Positions 54,152-64,000 of a stretch of DNA of 64,000 nt are shown in pieces. The position numbers and the translations under genes are program-made. Below the pieces are notes generated by a model. That model had not been told where the DNA came from. It made no database searches and saw only the letters and a list, made by a program, of their open reading frames with translations. The DNA lies in NCBI GenBank assembly GCA_951406725.2, contig OX597829.1, positions 8,184,001-8,248,000 of the forward strand. Direction: 5' to 3'. Numbering within the stretch: the first letter of the stretch is position 1; every line of letters starts with the position of its first letter. This stretch comes from Octopus vulgaris (Eukaryota).

Positions 54152-56430
54152 ATATATATGTATGTATATATGTATTTTTATGTATGCATGTATATGTATG
54201 TTTATGTATGTATGTACGTACGTATGTACGTATGTATGTATGTATGTATGTATGTATGTATGTATGTACGTATGTATGTATGTGTGTATGTATGTATGTG
54301 CGTATGTATGTATGTATGTTTATGTATGTATGTGTGTGTATATGTATGTATGTATGTATGTATGTACGTATGTATGTATGTATGCTTATGTATGTATGTA
54401 TGTTGTATGTATGTATGTATGTATGTATGTATGTATGTATGCATGCACGTACGCATGTATGTATGTCCCAGAATATAGTTGCTTTGCCATTCTCTTATAT
54501 CTTTTTGGGTAATTGCTCAAACCGTTTTTTTTTCTATAAGTAATCTATAATATTAATACAAATTTCAGTCTCTGAAAGCCCAATTTCTGTCTTTCATGTT
54601 GTTAGGTTTTTTTTCTTGCCAATAAATTCAGAGCCAATATACGAAATGGTTTCTTTCCAACCTCAGCGTATTCTGCGTTACTTTGTGTTTTCTGGTCTGT
54701 AGCATATTTGGGTGGTTTCAGATGGCAAATCTGTTTCCGTGTTGCAATCAAGAATCTTTCAACATCAGCATATAAAATTTACAAAAATAGACAACTTTCA
54801 AAAGATAGAAGTGCACATTAATGCACGCACATATTACGAAGAACACTTCTAATACATCAGCAAATACAAAACTACCACACTGGCTCACAGGAAGAATTGC
54901 ATATTTAAAAAATTTATTTTTTATCCTTTTTCAGTTTCTCGGTTATTAGCCATGCGAGGGCTTTTCTTGATATTCCTTTTAACAATGAATTATGTCGCTC
55001 TTTTTTTTCGCTTAGTTTTTAGCCTTTACATAATTTCGTTTCGGTTCTTGTTTCTCCTCCTTCACAACTGTCTGTCGTTTCAAACAATGTTTTGTATATG
55101 TTGGTTTCCTTGAAAACGGGAAACAGTTTTATCTTTTTTTTTTTCATTTATTTGGTTATTTACGTTCGGTTTCCATTATTCCCCACCAGATATTTTTGTA
55201 GCCCTACTGTGAATATTTTATAATTTTGTAGTAGTTGCGTAAAGCTTATATTTCTAGTACCTATAGTCTTGTATTGAAATAGCTTTACTCGATTTTATGA
55301 TTAGCTTTGCCTGTTTAGCTGCTAATTTTATCTAACTATGATTTTAATTTTTACTGGAAATTTTAGAATATTGATGGCGATTACCTTTAAATATTTTTTG
55401 CATCTATAATATTTCCCCATAACTTTTTATCTGCATCTATAATATTTCCCAATAACCTTTTATTTCACTTGAATGTATTGTACACTGCCTTGTTCATTGG
55501 TTCTCAAGTATTTGTGCGTACGAATTTGGCAGAATTCTCTGATCTGAGTTGTTTTTTAACTAGCAAAACAATGTCATTAATTCATTTCCGTTTCTTTAAA
55601 GTTGTCTCAGCACATTTTTCTAATTCTAATGTCATCAATTTCTATAGAAAACCAGAGCCCAGTTAGCAGCATTGTTACCAATCGTTTACCATCTGCAACG
55701 TACGGCTTGCGGTCGACCATGTATGGACGACCTCAATGGCTGATTGTACCACCATCTATATCCTAGTCAAATCCATTTTATCTTGTTGGTTAAAGCTAAT
55801 ATAGTTCCACTGACGTCAGTGATTGACCATGCTACTCCCTGGAATTCACGTACATCCCTTGTTAGTGGTGTTGCATTGACTTCTACTTTTAGTTAGGTCG
55901 TGATAAAATCGTTTTCATTTAAGATCGAATTGCTTGTTTTGTTCAAGAAATTCTAGTCGCTCTTCTTACCCACGGATTCAGATTGATTTAGTGAGGATCA
56001 CTCATGTCTTTAATTTTGAATACTTCATTTCTTCATACATATTTCTGTAATTATTCGTCTATTTTTCATTCGTGTCGTTTCACCAATAACATCGTTAGGG
56101 GTTGAGTGATATTTTCCATTATTTTCTATTTTTCTTTTGAGTGTTCTAATTTACTTTTGATACTTCAGTACTATCAGCATGTGTCTTATGAAGTTAACTT
56201 GTCTGTTGGGATTCACCATTTCGATGTGGTGTGTTCAAAGAGTGTATTGTCATAGTTTCTCTGTGTGCATAAAGTACCGCTAGAAATAGGGATATACAAC
56301 AGAAGCTTATTTCTCTCGTGTCCATTGATATCTTTCTGTTTCATTTGGGAGGCCTAAGATTTAAAACTCAGCCTTATAGTTTAGATTTTTAGCATTTTCA
56401 TCGGGTACCGGATCATCCTATGACATAGTG
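53650..56430 (-). mobile_element. Long, highly decayed R4/Dong-like element split by a microsatellite expansion at ~53945-54465
   Basis: Minus strand ERFLIATRKQ...KETIS...ENGKATIFWD on one side of the microsatellite and ICFPFDISVLINDDVSFQISKSSKYKELEIELTR on the other. The extent beyond ~55 kb is less certain. Confidence 0.6.
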
Positions 56431-56916
56431 TTCTAACTCCCCATTTTTCATAATTCTTATGAAGCAGATCCACAGTACTAACCCTCTTATTATTAACTTC
56501 AGGCTGAGTGATATGAACCTGTCGATATGAAGCGAGCTCTGATAGTTTATTACAACGTTATAAGATCGTTAACTATTTCGAAAATTTGTAAATTGTAATA
56601 TATTAATAGACGAGTGTTAAATATCGATAAATTTTGTAAGTATTACTTGCTTAAAACGTTTCAATCACGTTCTTCGATTTGAACCGCTGTTTTCTAATCG
56701 CTATCATTGAATATTTATCGGATCACAAGTATTGTTCTCTCATGTTCTTTCTTGTTAAAGGTCTTCGGTAATTTTTCTTTGTTGTCACCGTCGTAGTCTT
56801 CTTTCTGCTTCTCCTTGTTATTATTGCTGTATTCAATCAATAACTTGGGTCGAAGGTGTCGGTAATATCAACTAAACTCCTCTCCTTAAAAATAATGACA
56901 TCGTACGTATCATTTT

Positions 56917-56976
<60 letters not shown>

Positions 56977-57109
56977 TATTATTATTATTGTTATTATTAT
57001 TGTTATTATCATTATTATTATTGTTATTATCATCATTATTATTATTATTATTATTATTATCATTATTATTATTATTATTATTATTATCATTATTATTATT
57101 ATTATTATT

Positions 57110-57433
57110 TTATTGATGCACAATAGATTAAACAAATAACCTTAGATGCCAAGAAGCTTCCTAAGTATTCTAGCTGTTCACATTAACTGTTTGCTGGAGC
57201 TGTACAAAAGTAGGTTTTATGCCTATTTCCTCTATATATCTGTTCGAATCTTTAGGGATAGTTCCTAATACCCCCATAACTACTGTTATACATTTTACCC
57301 GCACTTTCCATAGTCTCTGTATTGCAATGGCTGGGTCCTTGTACTGTGCTATTTTTTCTGTACCGCTCATATTGATTGTTTTCATCATTTGGGACTGTAA
57401 AGTCAATTATCGGGCACTTTCTATTCTCTTTAT

Positions 57434-57437
<4 letters not shown>
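57110..57437 (-). mobile_element. R4/Dong-like RLE-domain 3' fragment
   Basis: DKENRKCPIIDFTVPND...EKIAQYKDPAIAIQRLWKVRVKCITVVMGVLGTIPK. Confidence 0.8.
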
Positions 57438-57504
<67 letters not shown>

Positions 57505-57596
57505 GCTAATAATAATAATAATAATAATACTACAACAACAACAACATCAATAATAATAATAATATTATTATTATTACTATTATTATTATTATTATT

Positions 57597-59095
57597 TCGC
57601 TTTATCATAGATTTTGTTGGAGCTCCTGGACTCTTGCATGCGTAGCAGGCTGGCTACCTGCAGCCTACAATACCATACTATTAGTTTTTTTTAGCTATCT
57701 AATACTTTCCTCATTATTCTGGCCTTTCCTAAGAGGCAAATCGTTTGTAACAGTTTTACTAGGTACTCTATCAGAAGGTATCAAGGGGACTATAAAGGAA
57801 ATTGGAATAATTTCCTTTATAAAGGAAATTGGAATAATTTCCTTTATATTCCCTTTGATGCCTTCTGATACTGTTCCCAAGGACCCAACAGTAATTGGCA
57901 CTATCTTCACCTTCTTTATGTTCCCCAACCGGGCTAATTCGTATTTAAGAGGTTTGTATTTATCTATTTTTTTCGCCTTCCCTCTTGGCTATTCGTGGTT
58001 CAAAGGGGCATGCAACATCAACTACACAGTATATATGGTGCACCTTGTCCACCACTGCAAGGTCCGGTCAGTTATGCTCTAACACCTGATCTGTTTGGAT
58101 TGGGAAATCCCAGAGGATTTTGCTAATCTCCGACTCCGCCACTCTCTATTGCTTGTGCTCATGCCACGTATTGCCTCTCTCTAATCCCCACTTTTCGCAG
58201 TTTCCAACGTAGCACTTTCGCTACTTGATCGTGTCGCCACAACTTGTAGTGGTTTTGGGCAAGTCTTGGGCATTCGTTTGTGATATGGGCAATGGTTTCA
58301 TCCATTCTGTTGCAGGTGCGGCACAGCGGAGACTCTTGCTCATTCCTCAGGTTGACTTTCTAGTTCGTGGCCAAAGCTTGGTCTTGCGCAGCGAATATAG
58401 TACTCTCGGTCTCTTTTTTAGGCTTCCTTTATTCAGCAAATCCCACTTAAGTTTTCTAGCAACTGACTATGTAGTCCCTTCTTGCGTAATTCTTCTTCAT
58501 GTCCTTTTTGTATTTCTTCCTTCGTTTTCCCTTATTTCTCTGCTCTCAATACTCCCTCGTTCCTAGCTGTTACCATGAAGGTTTCCCTACTTTGGGCTAG
58601 ATATCTCATTAAGCTCTCGAGTTTTATACGTGACGCAGTCTTCCTACTTATCAGTCCTCTTCCTCCATCTGCTCTCTTCATGTTTAGGCGATCAGTGTCT
58701 GCGCTTGGATTATGGGCTCCATGCATCGATAGGAGCTTTCCTGTTTTCCTGTCCATCTCCTTTAGCTCCACCTCTGACCACTTCAGGATTCCAGCGCCAT
58801 ATCGAACTACTGCGACTACGCGCGAGTTTATTGCCGAAATTATGTTTCTGGTATTCAGCTTTGAAGCCAATATTTTTCTCACTCGCTGCAGGTACTCTCT
58901 TTTTGTATTTCTCTTCAAGCCGTTGTGTTTGATTCCATCTACCTCAAATATTCCCAGGTATTTATAGCTGGACTGAAGTTGAATTGCCTTCATTATCTCA
59001 CCACTAAGCTAACCTGTCTTCTGTCCAGACAAGCTTTCTTCGTTTCATTACCATCATAGCACATTTTGAAAGCCCAAACTCCATCTTATAGGTGT
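57597..59095 (-). mobile_element. R4/Dong-like non-LTR retrotransposon, 5'-truncated, with 3' UTR and (AAT)n tail
   Basis: ORF 58532-58993: YKYLGIFE...SKLNTRNIISAINSRVVAVVRYGAGILKW...DRLNMKRADGGRGL. Upstream MEFGLSKCA; downstream zinc-knuckle region, KILWDFPIQTD and KIVPITVGSLGTV. Confidence 0.88.
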
Positions 59096-59189
59096 CGAGC
59101 TGGCGGCGCGCACCAGAAAAATACCTTGTGCTATTTGTTGCACTTCTTTGCAATCTGAGTTCAAAATCCACTGGTGTCTGTGTTATTTT

Positions 59190-60090
59190 TGCTTTTATCA
59201 CTCAGGTATCGATAAAATAAAGTACCAGAAAACTACTGGAGCCGATGGTGCTCACTAACAGTCTCCTCTTAAATTTGATTTCGGCTTTGTGCCAAAATTT
59301 AGAAGTTATTACTATTATCATTATTGTAAATAAGGCAGCGAGACAGCAGAATCATTAGCATACTGGACAAAATGCTTAGCGGTATTTGCTCGCTTTTTTA
59401 CGATCTGAGTTCAAGTTCCGCCGAGGTCGACTTTACCATTAATCCGTTCGTTGTCAAGAAAATAAGTACGAATTGAAGACAAAAAGTTGATGCAATCCTA
59501 CAAAATTTCAGGTCTTGTCCTATAGTAGAAAGGATTATTATTATTGTAAATATGTCGGACAAAATGCATTAAGTTATTTCTTCTGCTTTCAAAAGCCGCT
59601 GAAAGTAACTTTACCGCCCATTCCCTTTGAGTCAATAAAATAGGCACCAGTCAAGTATTGGAACAGATTTAATCGATTAACCTTCTTATAAAATTTCAGG
59701 TCTTAAGCAAATATTCTTAGAAAATATCAACCACACTTCTGTGTATTTGTATATCACTCATGCATTTTCCTTAATACTTTGGGCCCTTGTGGTCAATAAA
59801 AGAAATCATCACCACAATTATTATTATTACTAGTAGTAGACGTTGTTGTATTAGCTGTGATAGTAATAGTTAATAAAGCGGTGAGGGGGTTGATTTATTA
59901 AAACGCCGGATAAAATGTAGAGTGGTATTCCTTCCGACTCTTCGTGTTCTGAGTTAAAATCCTATGGAGGTCAACTTTGCCGAACATCTTTTTGGGGTCA
60001 ATAAAATTAAGTACCGTTCAAGTACCGGGGTCGATGTAATCGACTTCTATCCTGTCCTGAGTATCGCTTCCATGGTGTCAAAAATTAGAA
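59190..60090 (+). mobile_element. Head-to-tail array of 3-4 decayed family-B SINEs separated by (ATT)n tails
   Basis: Recurrent ggcagcgag...aaatgcttagcgg...gagttcaa...gaggtcgacttt...aaataagtacc...aaatttcaggtctt units at about 59190, 59332, 59555 and 59876. Confidence 0.7.
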
Positions 60091-60091
60091 T

Positions 60092-60216
60092 TTGTTGTTG
60101 TTGTTGTTGTTGTTGTTGTTCTTCTTCTTCTTCTTCTTCTTCTTCTTCTTCTTCTTCTTCTTCTTCTTCTTCTTCTTCTTCTTCTTCTTCTTCTTCTTCT
60201 CTTCCTTTCATCGTCG

Positions 60217-60281
<65 letters not shown>

Positions 60282-60357
60282 GTTGTCGTCGTCGTCATCC
60301 TCATCCTCATCGTCATCGTCGTCGTCGTCGTCGTCATCATCATCATCATCATCATTA
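60092..60357. repeat. (TTG)n-(TTC)n-(CAT/CGT)n compound trinucleotide array
   Basis: Direct inspection. Confidence 0.97.
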
Positions 60358-60650
60358 CTGCTGTTATAAAGATTTTTTATTCTTTTTAGTTTTTAATTTT
60401 TTTGGTTTCTTCTGTGATACATAATATCAACACAGCTGTCAACGGTTCACACTGTTTGGCGTCTTGTCGACGTATCTGTGAACCACACACTGATTACGTA
60501 GACTCCACCTATGTGTATATAAGACAGATATTATGAAAGACGTAAAAGTACCTGGCTAAATCGACTTTACACATGATCTAGTTTTGTTATTAGAAGAAAA
60601 GAAAATTGAGAGGTAAATAAACAAAAACAAACAAGTAATAATAATAATAA

Positions 60651-60685
<35 letters not shown>

Positions 60686-60937
60686 TGGTTTCAAATTTTG
60701 GCACAAGGCCAGTAAGTTCAAAGGAGGGAGGAAGTCGATTACATCGACCTTAGTGTTCAACTGGCGCTTATTTCGTTGACCCCGAAAGGAGGAAAGGCAA
60801 ACTAGACCTCGGCGGAATTTGAACTCAGAACACAAAGATGAACGAAATGACACTTAGCAATTTGCCCGGCGCGCTGACAATTCTGCCAGCTCACTGCAAT
60901 AATAATAACAACATCAACTATAATAATGATGATGATG

Positions 60938-61085
<148 letters not shown>

Positions 61086-61319
61086 TTTTCATTAGCCACA
61101 AAGGCCGAACACAAAACAAATAGGGTAAATACAATAGAAGGAGTAAGTGGGGTCTGAACAATGCCTTGTATACAAAAAGTAACAAAAAAAAAAAACGATT
61201 AACAAAACAATTTTTCATTAAAAATTCTCAAAAGATATGGGGTGGAGTTTATCACAGGGACAACCAAGGAGTCCCACATATCCTGGTTACCCCAACCGCT
61301 CGGTGCAACTAGCTTGCTG

Positions 61320-61532
61320 GTGGGAGTTTATTTCACTGTATAATTGCTGTATAGAGTGTGTTTTGTATTTGTGGGTTGTTTTGTTTAGTTTGTATTAATG
61401 CATTGATAGTGTATTGCGCAGAATGTGGGCTGTTCCTAGCAGGACTATTTTTTTGGATAGTGTGTAGTGTTGAGGATCCAGGTATAGCTTCTACATCTTT
61501 GTTCATTTGATTTTTTATTATGTCCAAGGCTC
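61320..61532 (-). mobile_element. R4/Dong-like extreme 3' coding fragment
   Basis: LDIIKNQMNKDVEAIPGSSTLHTIQK...LLGTAHILR-like C-terminus, next to (TAT)n. Confidence 0.55.
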
Positions 61533-61534
61533 AA

Positions 61535-62196
<662 letters not shown>

Positions 62197-62279
62197 AATT
62201 CTTCTTCTTCTTCTTCTTCTTCTTCTTCTTCTTCTTCTTCTTCTTCTTCTTCTTCTTCTTCTTCTTCTTCTTCTTCTTC

Positions 62280-62349
<70 letters not shown>

Positions 62350-62352
<3 letters not shown>

Positions 62353-63260
62353 TAGTCTTATTTTGATCAAGTATTTTCACTGCAATACCGAGCGCAGCTC
62401 TATGTTCCATGGGTATGTGCTGTGGTTTGTTGTGATACTCTTTTATAATTACTGTATTGGAAGTTTTTTTTTTTACGTAGGATAGATGTGTGCGGTGCCT
62501 GGTTCTGCTATTTTCTATATGTTATATATGCTTGTTAGTCCTGGTGTTTTTGTTATGTACTTTTTATCATACCTAATGCGCCTACTATGATAAGAATTAT
62601 TTCTGCTTTTAGACTCCACATTCGAGTTACCTCTATTTCCAGGTCTTTGTATTTTGAAAGTTTCTCCATTTCTTTTAGAGAAACGTCATCATCTGTTTGT
62701 ATTGAAATCATTTTTTTTCTTCATGATCTGTGACGACTATATCTGGCCTATTGGCCTTAATTTCTCTATATGTGTGTATTGGCATATCCCAGAGTATAGT
62801 TGCTTTCTCGTTTTCTGTGACCTTTTCTGGTGTGTGCCTATACCATATTTTTTCTATTGTTATTTCATAGTGTTGGCATAGCCTCCACTGTATGTAGGTC
62901 CCAACTCAGTCGTGTCTGTTTATATATTCCTTCTTAGCCAGGACTGCGCAGTCAGACACAATCTTGCATTTACTTGTTGAGTTTCTTTTCATTATATGTG
63001 TTTGGTAATTTCTGCTGGTGGTGGTGGTGGGGTTGCAATTAAAAATCCTTCAGTCTCTGCTTTAAATCCTGAGCTTCTCAGTCATTTTGGTGATTTTGCT
63101 TTGTCTATTTCTTTTCTCTTTAGTTTAATCCAGTTTTTACCATGAAGCGACTTTTCTTGCCATCATTTTATCACGGTCCATTGCTGTTCCAGTTTTAGTT
63201 TGGATTTCAGTTGTTTTACAGTTTTTATTGTTTCTTCTTTTTCTTCATAGTTGTTAGGTA
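62350..63260 (-). mobile_element. R4/Dong-like 3' fragment with 3' UTR and (AAT)n tail
   Basis: Minus strand GFKAETEG...KCKI...VLAKKEYI.RHD.VGTYIQWRLCQHY...ENEKATILWDMPIHTYREIKANRPDIV...KYKDLEIEVTRMWSLKAEIILIIVGALGM. Confidence 0.85.
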
Positions 63261-63289
63261 GTATAACTTTCACTTGAAAAGGAAAGGGT

Positions 63290-63600
63290 GGATAGTGAGG
63301 TGCTGTCCTGGAGTGAATTTATGAAAAGATGGGTGAAAGTTACGAAAATGGCAAGAGTGGATGGTGCTGGGACGAGGTGACGAACAGGGTGGCCAGTCTC
63401 ACCCAGAAATGAACTGAGAGGAAACTGTCCTTGAAAGGTCGGGCAGAGGTGGTGAATGCCTATATCGCCTTCGTTATCAGTTATCGTTTGACCGTCGGTT
63501 CTTGCTCCAGTTATTGCTTGATTAAGTTCGAGCGACTCTTGTTCATGTTCTCGAGGAAGGGACGCGTTCAAGTGATCAGGCGGTCAATTTGCTACCAGCG
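63290..63600 (+). mobile_element. Tx1/L1-clade LINE ORF2 fragment
   Basis: RKLSLKGRAEVVNAYIAFVISYRLTV...KFERLLFMF.RKGR, typical of the Tx1 region downstream of the RT domain. Confidence 0.65.
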
Positions 63601-63920
63601 CTAATATTAGAATGGAATTTGGTCTCAAAAAAAAGGTAAAGTACAGTCCCTAGCAGAGATAAATTAATTAACAGAGAACTGATTAAACATATTGAAACGG
63701 AAGGCTACAAATACCTTGGCATATTAAAGTGCAAAGAAATCATGGAAAAGGAAACGAAAGAACTGAGAAAGGAATATTTCCGAAGACTGAGGTTGATGTT
63801 GTACTAAAAATTTACCGGTTGGAATAATTCCAAGCAGTTAATACATGGGCAATAGCATCACTTTGGTATGGAGCAGGCATCATAGACTGGCAACAGAAAG
63901 ACCTGATGAACATGGAGGGG
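63601..63920 (+). mobile_element. R4/Dong-like RT C-terminal fragment
   Basis: IRMEFGLKK...ETEGYKYLGILK...KELRKEYFRRLRLML...QAVNTWAIASLWYGAGIIDW. Confidence 0.8.
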
Positions 63921-64000
63921 CATGGGGTGATTGTGGAGGTGAAGTCCACCCCACAACTCAGCAAGACTGGAATTCTTATGGAATTCCAGATACTAGTTTC

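Noticed and set aside
56430-56540. Possible HDV-like ribozyme at the 5' end of the decayed RLE element
   Set aside because: I could not establish the nested double-pseudoknot pairings by eye.

Overview
This is AT-rich eukaryotic genomic DNA saturated with microsatellites. The SINE families and repeat landscape resemble an octopus or other coleoid cephalopod; that is inferred from recalled repeat families, not from a search. Nearly all ORFs in the supplied track are microsatellite read-throughs. The one convincing host coding feature is an FGF-family exon at about 16080-16278 (+). It encodes RTQMLYNRNAFFLSILPNGTIRSGESSNIFG, closest to FGF9/16/20, and ends at a perfect phase-1 G|GTGAGT donor at the conserved FGF intron position. 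Upstream are a promoter-like region (about 3.7-6.7 kb) with a duplicated GATA+kappaB cassette and two candidate microexons (8915-8944, 10554-10584) that can splice in frame to the FGF exon. I could not find the next FGF exon in the remaining ~47.7 kb, which therefore appears to be a very large intron. That region holds a full-length decayed mariner, a Tc1-like remnant, two non-autonomous Helitrons, many R4/Dong-like non-LTR fragments in (TAA)n, RTE and Tx1 fragments, several tRNA-derived SINE families, fold-back palindromes and degenerate hammerhead-ribozyme motifs. I found no clearly novel multi-gene system; the best leads are the FGF 5' architecture and the structured-RNA elements in its intron.
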